Positions 33,576 through 44,466 of a DNA stretch of 64,000 nt are shown piece by piece; position 1 is the stretch's first letter; every line of letters starts with the position of its first letter. The stretch spans positions 480,001-544,000 of the forward strand of contig CAXXHB010000002.1 in the NCBI GenBank assembly GCA_963664815.2. The letters are read 5' to 3'. The DNA comes from Spirochaetota bacterium. Lineage in GTDB: Bacteria > Spirochaetota > UBA4802 > UBA5550. Below the pieces are notes generated by a model. The model was given only the letters and a program-made list of their open reading frames with translations. It ran no database searches and was not told where the DNA came from. The position numbers and the translations under genes were made by a program.

Positions 33576-35495
33576 TTAATGATGTTTCTTTTTTCTTATT
33601 AATTTTATCAGTGCATCTTTGGCGGAATTTTTTACAAATCTGTCCGGATCGTTTTTTGAAATTTTTTTTATAGCCTCAATCACTTCGTTTATGTAACCTT
33701 CTGGCCCGGTGATACTTTCAAGTGAGTTTACAGTAAGTATTCTCACAGAGACTTCTTTATCGGTTAGAAGTTTTAAAAGATGAGGTATTGCATTTTCAGC
33801 GTCTATTCCTAATGAACCCAGACTTCTTATTGTGCTGCTTCTTACCATGTCAGATTTATCCTTCAGTGATTTTACAAGTAGATCGACAATCTCACTTTTC
33901 TCCGCGATATTTAATTCACTGAGACCTGCTATTGCGGCACTTCTTATTTCCTGGTTATCTTCCTTTATGGCTTCTATGAAGAGTTTAAAGGATTCATCCG
34001 GAGAAAGTATGTTAATAATGGATCGGGATGCATTTCTCCTTATTACTTTTATATTGTCACTTAGTCTTTCCCTGAGAAGCGGAACTGATTCTTTTGCCTT
34101 TTCTCCAAGATTTCCAAGTTTTATAACTGCATTTACTCTTTTCATCGGGTCTTCTGAATTAAGTTCAGGGAGTATTTCATAAAACTCGCGGGTGAACAAA
34201 AAATCCGGATCAGACTCAACTTCGATTTCTTTATGCAAAATGGCATCAGGTGTATAATGGTTGTCATCCTGATTATATTGTGAAACGTTCTTTACTGTTT
34301 TTTTATGTTTAAAAGATGTCATAAAGTCTTTTTTTTTGTATGTCTGAACCAGGGAGGAAAACTCCAGCGGATTTGATACAGTTATTGTTCCGAAATTGAA
34401 AGATAAATAACGGCAACTGAGGAGCTCTGTTATTTCTTCACTGTTTTCTTCTTGTGACAGTTCATTCATTTCAATCAGTTCATCGAGACCGAACTGAAGC
34501 AGGGAGGGTTTTTTTCTTTTTAATGAAACTCCATCTTCAAGCAGCTTTGATTCAAGAAATGTAAACAACCTTGTGATGGGATTTTTATAACTCATCTGGT
34601 TTAATCTGACATGATTAAACCAGAGTCTCTGGCTTATGGATGTTATAATTTTTTTTATAAGATCCGGTGAATGTTTTATATGACTTTTAAAGATGTTCAT
34701 ATCAACTGGTGTAATTCTGGTTCCGCCGAAACTTACAGCAGTGGCGCTTCTTGGTGATTTTGTAAGAAGAGCCAGTTCACCGAAAATATCACCTTCGCCA
34801 AGTACTGCAAGCAGCATATCCCTGTTTTTGCTTTGCTTAATTATTTTAACCCGCCCTTCTACAATAAAGAAGAGATTTTCACCGGGTTCATATTCGCAGA
34901 AAATAACTGCACCGTCTCTGTAAAGAAGATCTCCTTTTTCATTTTCAAAAAAAAATGAATGATTAGATGGATCATCAGTATCATCTATATATTTTTGAAT
35001 GTCAGATATGTTTTCCGAATCAGGGAATAATTGCATATACCTGTTAAATACATAATTAGCCGGAGTGTTGCAGCCATTTTCAAGATAATATTCACCAAGC
35101 CGGAGAAGGCTCAGGCTCTGAGGATAGATGAGGCTAATAGGCTTTATACCCATAAGCACATTGTCGTATTTCTGCAACGCATGAGAATAGGAGTTCATTA
35201 TCTTCATTGCAATTTCTGTTTTATCATTGAGCATTTTGAAAAGAAGTTCACGGTCTATATCAACAACGATAGTATCCTGTATTGCAACTGCACTGCTCAG
35301 TCTGGGTTTGCCGGAAAATGCAGAGATAAAACCAAAAAAATCACCCTCTCCGGCGTCTTTCAATGCCGATGACAGTATCGGGGAGGAACAGATATGCGAT
35401 ACTTTTCCTTTTTTTACAAGGAAGACAGAATTAGTTTCTTCATCTCCTTCAATAAAAATATATGAACCTTTTTTGAAATATCTTTCATCTTGCAT
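33576..35495 (-). CDS. Tandem cNMP-binding (Crp-like) protein fused to HEAT/PBS repeats
   Basis: Two cNMP domains (GDFFG...PRLSSAVA; GDIFGELAL...PRSATAV) and C-terminal HEAT repeats (KRVNAVIKLG, VRSSTIRSLG). Confidence 0.88.
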   Translation of the reverse strand: MQDERYFKKGSYIFIEGDEETNSVFLVKKGKVSHICSSPILSSALKDAGEGDFFGFISAFSGKPRLSSAVAIQDTIVVDIDRELLFKMLNDKTEIAMKIMNSYSHALQKYDNVLMGIKPISLIYPQSLSLLRLGEYYLENGCNTPANYVFNRYMQLFPDSENISDIQKYIDDTDDPSNHSFFFENEKGDLLYRDGAVIFCEYEPGENLFFIVEGRVKIIKQSKNRDMLLAVLGEGDIFGELALLTKSPRSATAVSFGGTRITPVDMNIFKSHIKHSPDLIKKIITSISQRLWFNHVRLNQMSYKNPITRLFTFLESKLLEDGVSLKRKKPSLLQFGLDELIEMNELSQEENSEEITELLSCRYLSFNFGTITVSNPLEFSSLVQTYKKKDFMTSFKHKKTVKNVSQYNQDDNHYTPDAILHKEIEVESDPDFLFTREFYEILPELNSEDPMKRVNAVIKLGNLGEKAKESVPLLRERLSDNIKVIRRNASRSIINILSPDESFKLFIEAIKEDNQEIRSAAIAGLSELNIAEKSEIVDLLVKSLKDKSDMVRSSTIRSLGSLGIDAENAIPHLLKLLTDKEVSVRILTVNSLESITGPEGYINEVIEAIKKISKNDPDRFVKNSAKDALIKLIRKKKHH

Positions 35496-35757
35496 TCTGC
35501 AGGTATGTCTCCATTTTTTTATGAATATATAGTAATGAAATGAGGGACAGTTTTCTATAGGTAAAAATTTTTTAATTATATAAATATGAAAGAAGGGAGA
35601 TTATAATGAAAGATACTTGATATTTCTTGTAATATAGTATATAATGTCTTAAGCTTAAACTTTGGGTTGCGCCTGTTTAGTGGAAACTGTTTGCAATTAA
35701 ATTCCATTTATAGTAACGGCCTGAAAAAATAATTAAATCAACTACAGGAGTTATAAA

Positions 35758-36201
35758 ATGAAAAAGTTTCTGGTAATATTTATGGTTTCACTGTCAGTTA
35801 TTGTGTCTGGAATAACATTCAAGGCATCTGCAGCAGATGATACTAAAAAGGTAAAAAAAGCTGCAACAGAAGAGAAAAAAGACAAGAAAGAAAAGAAATC
35901 TAAAAAAAATGATGCTAAAGAAGACGACAGCAAATCTGATAAGAAAAAGAAAAAAGAGAAGGATGATGCTAAGGAAGGAGATAAAAAACCTGAAAAGTCG
36001 GATAAACAAGAGAAAAAAAACAAAGAAGATAAATCTGATAAAAAAGAAAATAAAGATGTTAAACATACAAAAACTGGCGATGAAAAAGAGATTGGAAAAG
36101 ATGATAAAGGCCGCATGATTTATGAAGGTCCAAAAGGTGGGCAGTATTACTATACAGACCACAACACAAAGGTATATCTTAAGAAGGATGAGAAAAAATA
36201 A
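35758..36201 (+). CDS. Secreted Lys/Asp/Glu-rich protein with a C-terminal PBCV-basic-adaptor-like motif
   Basis: SD AGGAG, signal peptide (ASA), low-complexity K/D/E body, DDKGRMIYEGPKGGQYY...KVY. Confidence 0.8.
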   Translation: MKKFLVIFMVSLSVIVSGITFKASAADDTKKVKKAATEEKKDKKEKKSKKNDAKEDDSKSDKKKKKEKDDAKEGDKKPEKSDKQEKKNKEDKSDKKENKDVKHTKTGDEKEIGKDDKGRMIYEGPKGGQYYYTDHNTKVYLKKDEKK

Positions 36202-36250
36202 CAATGAAGCATGAGAGCATGGGGATCAATTCTCTTTGCTCTCATTTAAA

Positions 36251-36585
36251 TTAAACTACATTTATCTGTTTCCATTTCCCGCCTTTATATCTGAATAACA
36301 GAACAGTACAGAAAATCATAAAGAATGAAACAAGTACTGTCTATGAGTATACAGCTGAAAGATTGAAAATATTAAACGTTATGTAGAGAACAGGTGCAAA
36401 AGACCAATGGAATATTACCGATGCGATCATTGTCCAGTGTGTATCACCAGCACCGCGGAGAACACCTAAAAGTGCAACCATCATAGCTTCTGCAAGGACA
36501 TAGATTGATGCAATTCTGATCATTGATATCGCCAGTGGAACAGAATTTTCAAAAACCGGATTTTGATTTGAGGTATGGAAGATCT
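36251..36585 (-). pseudogene. C-terminal remnant of a MATE-family transporter
   Basis: ...GVLRGAGDTHWTM...AVYS*TVLVSFFMIFCTVLLFRYKGGKWKQINVV*, with in-frame TAG at 36341-36343; the 5' part is missing. Confidence 0.8.
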
Positions 36586-36654
36586 ATACTAACTGGTTAA
36601 TACAGTGATGTTTTACTGTCAGTTATTATAGAGATTGAACTGATAAGTATTAAA

Positions 36655-36918
36655 TTATGAATTAACTGAAGCATAAACAGTATAAGTATCACAGTTTAAA
36701 CATCGTACTTCCATCGTATAATCCGTTATATTTTCTATGTTTGTTTCGTGGAACTTTGATGAATCATAAATAACTATTCCTTTTTTACTTCCGCATTCAG
36801 GGCATGGAATAAATGATTTCCGGCTGGCAGATGGATCAGTGTAAATTTTTGTATTAAATGAATTTTTGCCTGAGCAGACAACAGTCCATTCATCTGAATG
36901 GTCAAACTCTTTACTCAT
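36655..36918 (-). CDS. Small hypothetical protein with CPEC...CLNC (zinc-ribbon-like)
   Basis: SD AAGGAG upstream of ATG (MSKEF...); two CxxC pairs. Confidence 0.65.
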   Translation of the reverse strand: MSKEFDHSDEWTVVCSGKNSFNTKIYTDPSASRKSFIPCPECGSKKGIVIYDSSKFHETNIENITDYTMEVRCLNCDTYTVYASVNS

Positions 36919-37461
36919 GTTCAACTCCTTTGCATTATAACTAAGTGAAAATAATGCAATGATTTTTATCAAAGATACAGATTATGTTTGAATATTTAAA
37001 ATAATGCAGAAAAAAAGAAAGTAATAAACTATAGAAAAATAAAATATCAGATTTTAATTTGTTATAGTCAAATTTGATTTAAGAGAAATTATTGGTGTGA
37101 TTGAATAGTATGAGATTAATATATTAAATTCTTTCAGGAAAAGGTTCCAGCGAAGCCGGTTGTCTGCAAGGGTGTATCCAGTTTAAAATCTTATCCAGGT
37201 ATAGCTTATCGATGTCTGAACGATAAGGACTGTATTATGAAATTTTATAAGTATAAGGATGCCGTGAGATTACAGTATACAAAGCCGTGGACCTCATTGG
37301 CAGCATCGAAATATGATTTAACAGTATATTTTAAAAAAGACAGAAAGGCTATCTATATGGAACCATGTTTGGAATGCGGTAAAGAGTCATGAAACATACA
37401 GATTCAGGCACAGTATTTTAAACAGAAATGGAAATCTGATATGAGTACGGGAGAAGAGTTG

Positions 37462-38499
37462 TTATTCCATGTCCCAAAAAAAATCTTTATTTGTAAGTTC
37501 TTTCTCTCTCTCTTTTTCATTGTTGTGTTTATAATCATTGGTATTTCCTGAATAAATAACATTGACCTGTTCTTCTAGATCTGAAGTTTCATTCTGCCAG
37601 TATTCTTCTGTTCCGAAGTGAGGAAAGATGTGAGAGAATGCAGGATCCTTCCATCGCCTGGCAATCCATGCAGAATAGTTAATGTATCTTAATCCACGAA
37701 GAGGTTCAATAAGTTTTAGCCATGAATCATCAAATTCACGAAATTCTCTGTAACCCTGAAGAAACAGATCAATCTCTCTCCGGCAACCAGTATCTCTTGA
37801 GCTGATAAGCATCCATATATCTTGAACAGCAGGCCCGGTTAAAAAATCATCAAAATCAAGAAAAAAAAAGGAGCCATCTCTTCTCAATAAATTTCCGGGA
37901 TGACAATCCCCGTGAATCCTGTGAAAGGGAACTTCAGGAATAAGTGATTTGTAAAGCATTACTATTTCATTTACAGCATCAGAATATCTTTTAATGTAAA
38001 TTGAAGGAATAAAATTGTTTTTTATAAGATATAAAAGAGAATTGGTTCCATAAGATTCTCCAGTTAGTTTTAATCTGTACCGGCTTTCTCTGGAAGCACC
38101 ATTATTATGAATTCGAGCAATAAGTCTTCCGATAGTTATCATATCGCCGTCAGAAAGTTCTTCAGGAATTCTGCCTCCTGTCCTGGGCCATACTGCGAAG
38201 AAGATTCCATTTAAATCATGAATACTTTTACCATCAGAAAAAGTCAATGGTGCACAAACTGAAATTTCATCTTCAGCCAGTTCATACAGAAATTGATGTT
38301 CTTCCATAATTTGTTCAAGAGACCATCGGCCAGGCCTGTAAAATTTTACGATAATATGGCTATCGTTTTCCAGTTTAAGATCGTAAACCCTGTTTTCATA
38401 ACTATTGAGAACCATGTAATGCCCGGTTAAAGAAAACCCGCTCTCTTCAACAGCTTTTATAACACGGTCTGGTGTCAGGTTGTAGAAAGAATTGCTCAT
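37462..38499 (-). CDS. srkA: Ser/Thr protein kinase of the SrkA/RdoA (YihE) family
   Basis: LNSYENRVY, KFYRPGRWS, IHGDCHPGN, DFDD, GPAVQDIW and WIARRWKDPAF. Confidence 0.93.
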   Translation of the reverse strand: MSNSFYNLTPDRVIKAVEESGFSLTGHYMVLNSYENRVYDLKLENDSHIIVKFYRPGRWSLEQIMEEHQFLYELAEDEISVCAPLTFSDGKSIHDLNGIFFAVWPRTGGRIPEELSDGDMITIGRLIARIHNNGASRESRYRLKLTGESYGTNSLLYLIKNNFIPSIYIKRYSDAVNEIVMLYKSLIPEVPFHRIHGDCHPGNLLRRDGSFFFLDFDDFLTGPAVQDIWMLISSRDTGCRREIDLFLQGYREFREFDDSWLKLIEPLRGLRYINYSAWIARRWKDPAFSHIFPHFGTEEYWQNETSDLEEQVNVIYSGNTNDYKHNNEKEREKELTNKDFFWDME

Positions 38500-38728
38500 A
38501 CAAATCCTTTGTGTTTTTTGATTATTACTGAGTATATAAGCTATGTAAAATAAGGCAATCTGTTAATTTATGTTTTTCTTTTAAATTGCTTTCTGTTTTA
38601 TTATTAACTCTGTAATAGTAAATTTTTTATGCTGGCATATTTAGCGTGATCATTCAACAAAATGAAAATAAATGATCTGTCAGGGTGTTAAATTTTTTAC
38701 TGGAATGATAGTATATTATAAATTTAAA

Positions 38729-39412
38729 TTACTTTATTCCATAACAACATGGGCATATAGTTCTGCATGTTCTGCAGGTAGTAACTGGATATCCTTTTAG
38801 GGATAAACCCTCAGACGTATTACGGCATTTTTTTTGATCAACTGAATCATCTCTTATTGCTGAAGAGGGACAGTTTTTTCGACAGAGGAAACAGCTATCT
38901 TTACAGAAAGAGAAAGTTTGTATTTCATCCGGGTCAACTATGGTATCAATTAAGAGTGCTCCGAGTTTAATCATATTGCCATATTTATAATTGTATAAAA
39001 GATGATTCTTTCCGAAAACACCCAGTCCTGCATAATGTCCAGCATGCTTTAGAGACAGATCCCCCTTACCTGTCATTGTGTTTTTATCCCAGTAAGCATA
39101 TGGTTCTGTGTAAACCGGTATTGCTATAATACCTTTATTCTGAAGTATCAGTGAAAAGTTGTAAGTAATATTTTTTATCTGATCAGTCACTATTTCATCC
39201 GAAATGGAATAAGCAAAATTATTAGCGGAATTGACAGCTCCTGCAGGGAAACGGCGGGCGAATACAACAACTGATTTTGTATCTTTAAAAATATCTTGGG
39301 GATGAAATCCTGATGGAGCATTTTCAAATCTATCAATTGAAGCTATACCGCAGATATCTGAACCTAAAGAGAATGCAGTTTCTTTTATTTCGATGTTCGT
39401 TATCGTATTCAT
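38729..39412 (-). CDS. Epoxyqueuosine-reductase-like 4Fe-4S protein
   Basis: GIASIDRF, SLKHAGHYAGLG, CxxxCxxCxxxCP and CxxCxxxCP. Confidence 0.8.
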   Translation of the reverse strand: MNTITNIEIKETAFSLGSDICGIASIDRFENAPSGFHPQDIFKDTKSVVVFARRFPAGAVNSANNFAYSISDEIVTDQIKNITYNFSLILQNKGIIAIPVYTEPYAYWDKNTMTGKGDLSLKHAGHYAGLGVFGKNHLLYNYKYGNMIKLGALLIDTIVDPDEIQTFSFCKDSCFLCRKNCPSSAIRDDSVDQKKCRNTSEGLSLKGYPVTTCRTCRTICPCCYGIK

Positions 39413-39463
39413 TTTGAAATAAGCTAAAATTTACTTTTTGTCTAAAAATTCATGAATAAATTA

Positions 39464-41014
39464 TTACTCTTTTCGTTTAAGTATGCTGGTAAGCTGATCT
39501 GCAGAATGTGCCATATTTTCTGATGATCTGTTTATGTTTTCAGCACCGTTAGCCAGATTCTGAGTGGATGCGTTAATAACTGATATGGATTTAGTGATTT
39601 CTTCAAGTGCAAATTTTAATTCCTGCATGGAAGATTTTATTTCAGTTGCACCGTTAAGGACATGAGTCGCATTCTCCTGAAGTGTTATATTCATGTTAAG
39701 ATCTTCTTCAGATATTTTATTAACATCAACTACAATTTCACCGAACCGGGATGCAAGTTTCAAAACTTCTTCTGAAGATGTATGAACATTTTTTAATGCC
39801 TGGCTCGTAAGTTTCATCTCTTTATCGGTAGTCTGGACAAGTGCGGTAATATCTTTTGCGTTTATTTGTGTTTTCTCTGCCAGCTTTCCGACTTCATCTG
39901 CAACAACTGCGAATCCTTTTCCATGTTCACCTGCCCGGGCAGCTTCAATTGATGCATTAAGTGAAAGAAGATTTATCTGGTCTGAAACATCATTTATCAG
40001 TGAAGTGGAATCTGTAACTTTACCGCTGCTGAAGATAACATTATCAAGAGCTTTTTGACATTTCATTATTTCATCAATTGCCTCATTGATTCTGCTGTCG
40101 AGACTGGTCTTCAGATTCAGAGCAATATCCATCTTATTACGTCCCGCTGATACAAAATCAAACATTTTTTTAAGATCCTGTATCAGAAGTGTAATTTTCT
40201 CATTCTGTGTGACTGTCATTTCAGCAGATGATTCTGATGAAGCAGATATCTCTTCAAGTGTTGATGTAATCTCTTCAACGCTTGCAGCCTGAGTCTGTGC
40301 ATTATCATAGAATGAAGCTGCATTTGATGAGAGGGAATTAGCTGTTTCAGCAACTGTATCAGCCACTGTTGAACAGGTTTTAACAATGCTGTTTATTTCA
40401 TCGAGATATTTCTTCATCTGATAATTTTTTGTTTCTGCTTCAATGATTGTTTCTCTTACAATTCTGAAAATTAAAAAACAGAGAGAGGAAATTGTAAGAG
40501 AGATTACTGATAAATGAGAAATTGTAACACCAACAAAGCGATTTTCAATTAATCCTCCGGTCGTTTTTGTTATTGCTATTATAATACCGATTGTCAGAAC
40601 TGTTGTTACGCCGATTGTAATTGCATTTCCATAGAGTGCCGCCATTACAGTAAATATTGCGAGATATTGAAGAAATATAAATTTACCGACTTGTGTATGC
40701 ACGAGACTTGCCTGGAACGCCACAAGAAACATTGGAATAATTATTCCGACATAAACAGCGACATTATATGCTCCTCTCCGAAGAATTAAAAGAGGGATTA
40801 AGAAACCGAATGCTATTATTATCATACTTATATTATATTTAAAAGTATCAACTGTTGATGAAAAGATATTTGTGCTTATACAGGCCAGTGTTATTAAAAT
40901 AATAAAAATAAGCTGCATCCACATGAAAACAAAGGTTCGCTGTCTTTTCATGAAATTTTCATTTTCATATTTTTTCAGGAAAAATGATTTTAAGGAAGTA
41001 TTCAGATTATTCAT
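39464..41014 (-). CDS. Methyl-accepting chemotaxis protein with an integral-membrane sensor
   Basis: About six N-terminal TM helices; [29 protein letters not shown]. Confidence 0.95.
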   Translation of the reverse strand: MNNLNTSLKSFFLKKYENENFMKRQRTFVFMWMQLIFIILITLACISTNIFSSTVDTFKYNISMIIIAFGFLIPLLILRRGAYNVAVYVGIIIPMFLVAFQASLVHTQVGKFIFLQYLAIFTVMAALYGNAITIGVTTVLTIGIIIAITKTTGGLIENRFVGVTISHLSVISLTISSLCFLIFRIVRETIIEAETKNYQMKKYLDEINSIVKTCSTVADTVAETANSLSSNAASFYDNAQTQAASVEEITSTLEEISASSESSAEMTVTQNEKITLLIQDLKKMFDFVSAGRNKMDIALNLKTSLDSRINEAIDEIMKCQKALDNVIFSSGKVTDSTSLINDVSDQINLLSLNASIEAARAGEHGKGFAVVADEVGKLAEKTQINAKDITALVQTTDKEMKLTSQALKNVHTSSEEVLKLASRFGEIVVDVNKISEEDLNMNITLQENATHVLNGATEIKSSMQELKFALEEITKSISVINASTQNLANGAENINRSSENMAHSADQLTSILKRKE

Positions 41015-41275
41015 AATTTTCTCACAAAAAAAAATTTATATATATTTATTAATTGAACAATTATCAGCAGAATAATAAAAGCTCAAAACTACAATATGTA
41101 TTTAAAATGGTTTTTTTGTCAATGTACAATTTGCTTAAGTATGATAAATAACATATCACTCTTTGACGGAACATTCATTTTTATGTTCATTATTATATAA
41201 AATTATCAAGTATATATCATGGAATTATTAATGATGTGCTTATTTTGAATCAGAACTGGCTTTATTTAACCAGGA

Positions 41276-41692
41276 GTGAGGAATAAATTATTTATGGCAA
41301 AAGGATACGAAGTGAGTAAAAAACGTCAGGAAGAGCTGAATATTCTTGGAAGAGTACTTACACGGAGATCAGGTTCAAAATGCGAGCTTTGCCTTATTTC
41401 GGGAGTCAGGTTGAATGTCTTTGAAGTTCCTCCAGTTTACGATAATCCGGAGTCCGGGAGATGCGTATTTATTTGTGATATCTGTTTTTCAGGAATATCA
41501 CAACCTTTAAAATTGAATGATCACTGGAGATGTCTTAATGAAAGTATCTGGAGTGAAATAAAACCTGTACAAATCATCTCGGCGATTTTATTAAAAAAAA
41601 TTTCTGAGGAAAAATCCTGGGCAAAGGATCTTCTGGATGAAGCTTACTTTGATGAAGATGATGAAGAGTGGATAGAAAAATCAGGATTGTAA
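41276..41692 (+). CDS. PhnA-like zinc-binding protein
   Basis: RRSGSKCELC...ICDIC...HWRCLNESIWSE pattern. Real start may be ATG 41294. Confidence 0.75.
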   Translation: MRNKLFMAKGYEVSKKRQEELNILGRVLTRRSGSKCELCLISGVRLNVFEVPPVYDNPESGRCVFICDICFSGISQPLKLNDHWRCLNESIWSEIKPVQIISAILLKKISEEKSWAKDLLDEAYFDEDDEEWIEKSGL

Positions 41693-43093
41693 TATTTCAT
41701 CTGGTTTATTATGCTCTGTTGGAAAAATAATTGTAAAAATTGTTCCATCTTCCGAACTGTTTATCGACACATCAGCATTATGCTCTTTTATAATTCTGTG
41801 GCTGAGCGACAGACCAATTCCTGTTCCTTTTCCTTTTTGTTTTGTAGTAAAAAATGGAGTCCATATTTTAGGAATTATATTTTCAGGGATACCACCTCCA
41901 TTATCCTGGATAATCAATTTTACCATATTGTCATTAAATGTGGTTGTGATTTTTATTGATCCGTTAAAATCAGTATTTGATTCCATTCTGGTAGATATCG
42001 CGTCTTTTGCATTTAGTATAAGGTTAATGAATAACTGCTCAAGCGAAAGATTGTCACCGTAGATTCTTGGTATTGAGTCATCAAGAACAAAGATAAGATC
42101 AATTCCGCTATTGTTAATCTGGTTATTAATGAGATCAATTGCGTTGAGAATACAAGCATTCAAATCTGCTTGCTGAAAAGAGAAGCCTCTTTTTCTGGAA
42201 AATGTTCTGATATGATCTATTATTGAAGAAGATCTGTCAACAAGAGATGAAATTTTAACAAGATCCGAAACGGCCTGCATATGGTCAAAATCGTTGTAAT
42301 TAATATCATCAATCATATTTTGTGAGATACATTTTATTCCGGTAAGAGGCTGTGTTAACTCATGAGCTATCCCGGTTGTTACTTCTGCAAGACTTGCATG
42401 TCTTGCAATTTGCAGAAGTTCAATATCTTTTTGTGATATGATTTTTTTCAGAGTATCATTACTCTGCTTCAATCTTGTAATAATCTGGTTTAGTCTTTTA
42501 TTGAGTGCATTTATGCTGAGCAGTCTTGAATTAATAAATTGAAGCCGTCGTGAATATTCATGATATGCAAAGAAAGTGGATATTACACATAAAAGAACAA
42601 GAGAAATCATAAGATGTTGTGCTTCATGATAATGATTGTAATAAAAGAAAAGCGATAGTGAGGGAATTATCATATAGATCAGAATCTGAAATTTATTAAT
42701 GAATTTTTCTTTTAATGAGATATAGAGATAAGTATAAAGAATAAAATGCTGAAGCATTATTATTGATAAGTTCTGATAAATAAAATATAAAATCATGAAA
42801 AGTACAGAAATCAGTAAAGATTCAAAGAGATGACTCTTTTTATCAACAGGATAATAATCTATCACAACAAAAATAAATGGAAAAGGATATATCAACATTG
42901 CGGCAGAAGCGGCGTGATTGATATATGGAGATTCAAAACCGTGGTTTTTAAAAAAAAGGGATAATATAATTATAAATGATGGTATTAAATTTAGAAGCAG
43001 TAACTTGGCTTTTTTATTTCTTATAAAAATAAAAAGTTGAATGGAAATATAAAAGAGTAGAACTAAAAGGATTTCTATAGGAGAGCTTGTCAT
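41681..43093 (-). CDS. Membrane sensor histidine kinase (NtrB-like)
   Basis: IAHELTQPL, QLFINLILNAKDA, DNGGG, PFFTTK and GTGIGL. Confidence 0.93.
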   Translation of the reverse strand: MTSSPIEILLVLLFYISIQLFIFIRNKKAKLLLLNLIPSFIIILSLFFKNHGFESPYINHAASAAMLIYPFPFIFVVIDYYPVDKKSHLFESLLISVLFMILYFIYQNLSIIMLQHFILYTYLYISLKEKFINKFQILIYMIIPSLSLFFYYNHYHEAQHLMISLVLLCVISTFFAYHEYSRRLQFINSRLLSINALNKRLNQIITRLKQSNDTLKKIISQKDIELLQIARHASLAEVTTGIAHELTQPLTGIKCISQNMIDDINYNDFDHMQAVSDLVKISSLVDRSSSIIDHIRTFSRKRGFSFQQADLNACILNAIDLINNQINNSGIDLIFVLDDSIPRIYGDNLSLEQLFINLILNAKDAISTRMESNTDFNGSIKITTTFNDNMVKLIIQDNGGGIPENIIPKIWTPFFTTKQKGKGTGIGLSLSHRIIKEHNADVSINSSEDGTIFTIIFPTEHNKPDEILQS

Positions 43094-43930
43094 TTAATCT
43101 TCCCTGGATATTTTACTATTCAGAATTATTAAATTTTCAGATATGGCAAAAAAATATGATACCCTCAATGTAAATGGTTTTTGTATTTTTTCGATTTTTA
43201 TTGTCCCGCTTGATGTTTTTTCTTTTATGTTTACATTTTTTACAATGAAAAATCTGTAAGCCATTTCTCCTTGTGTTATGTTCTGGTCGTTTATAAAACC
43301 GGAAAAAGGTTTCTGCCCGTCAAGAAGTAGGTTTTTTTCAGCATTACTATCTGATGTTATTATTTCTATGAGAAGCAGGCTGTTAGAAAATTTCTTAAAA
43401 TCAAGATCTCCATTAGTATTTAAACCTATAGTTATTTTAAGCGGATCGGAAGATATTTTTCTTAAAGTGAAAGGTAACCCTTTTTTTGAAACTCTGTTAA
43501 TATTGAAATCACCTGAATTATTAAAAGGGATGAGTACCTGGCTATTTGCAGTTGTTTTAATAAGTGGGGAAATTTGTTTTCCATCAATTGAAATTTTATT
43601 TCCGGTTAAGATTACTTTGAATGAGTCAAAAATATCCGAATTTCCATTTAAGTCGATATCCAGTTGTGAAAAAAGAAAATCTTTTTCTTTTAAAGTCCCG
43701 TGTTCGATTGTTCCATTAAGTAGATATTTTTCAAAAGGCAGGGTAATGTTTATTTTTGAAAACATATCATAATCGTAAGTGTTTTTTACCTGGTAATCCA
43801 GTAAAAAATTAAATGGTGAAACTTCAGATACATTATATTTGGAAATTGAAATTTCGTTTCCATCTGGAGTTAAAGCAATGGCGTATAGAGATATAGTTAG
43901 TATAATTATACTTATTATTCTGATTTTCAT
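43094..43930 (-). CDS. Hypothetical secreted protein
   Basis: 278 aa with a signal peptide; tightly coupled to its neighbours. Confidence 0.75.
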   Translation of the reverse strand: MKIRIISIIILTISLYAIALTPDGNEISISKYNVSEVSPFNFLLDYQVKNTYDYDMFSKINITLPFEKYLLNGTIEHGTLKEKDFLFSQLDIDLNGNSDIFDSFKVILTGNKISIDGKQISPLIKTTANSQVLIPFNNSGDFNINRVSKKGLPFTLRKISSDPLKITIGLNTNGDLDFKKFSNSLLLIEIITSDSNAEKNLLLDGQKPFSGFINDQNITQGEMAYRFFIVKNVNIKEKTSSGTIKIEKIQKPFTLRVSYFFAISENLIILNSKISRED

Positions 43931-44427
43931 AAAACTTTTAATAGAATTTCATTCATATTGAGTCGTTCACTCACTACAACTTCATCAGGATAACCGAATG
44001 CTATTAGAGCCATGAATTCATTGGAAAAATCTATTCCAAGTAAATCATTAATCTTTTCCCTGTTTTTAAGTATTTCACCAAGCCATACAGATCCAATTCC
44101 GATGCTGTGAGAATATAGAAGCATATTCTGAATGCAGGCACCTATACTCATGATATCTTTTTCTCTGTGATAACCTGCTTGTTTGTTGTAAAAGACGGCA
44201 ATACAGAAATCGGATCCTGATACTATATCTGAATAATGAGTCATTTCTGAAAGTCTGCTTTTAAAGGATTTGTCTTTTATTAATACAAATTTCCATGGTT
44301 GATTATTCTTTCCGGAAGGCGCCCATCTTCCAGCTTCAAGAATTTCATTAATAAGTAAATCGGAAACTGTTTCGTGTTTATATTTTCTGATTGATCTTCT
44401 TGAGTTTATTAAATCAAGGAGTTTCAT
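43927..44427 (-). CDS. Nitroreductase family protein
   Basis: RRSIRKY, APSGKNNQPW and QNMLL...GIGSVW. Confidence 0.93.
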   Translation of the reverse strand: MKLLDLINSRRSIRKYKHETVSDLLINEILEAGRWAPSGKNNQPWKFVLIKDKSFKSRLSEMTHYSDIVSGSDFCIAVFYNKQAGYHREKDIMSIGACIQNMLLYSHSIGIGSVWLGEILKNREKINDLLGIDFSNEFMALIAFGYPDEVVVSERLNMNEILLKVL

Positions 44428-44466
44428 TTTGTTTTCCTGTTTCTCTAAGATTCTTTATAATATCGA

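Noticed and set aside
35650-35725. Possible riboswitch upstream of the K/D/E-rich gene
   Set aside because: Only a weak hairpin (TGGAA/TTCCA); no conserved ZTP, c-di-GMP or other aptamer core.
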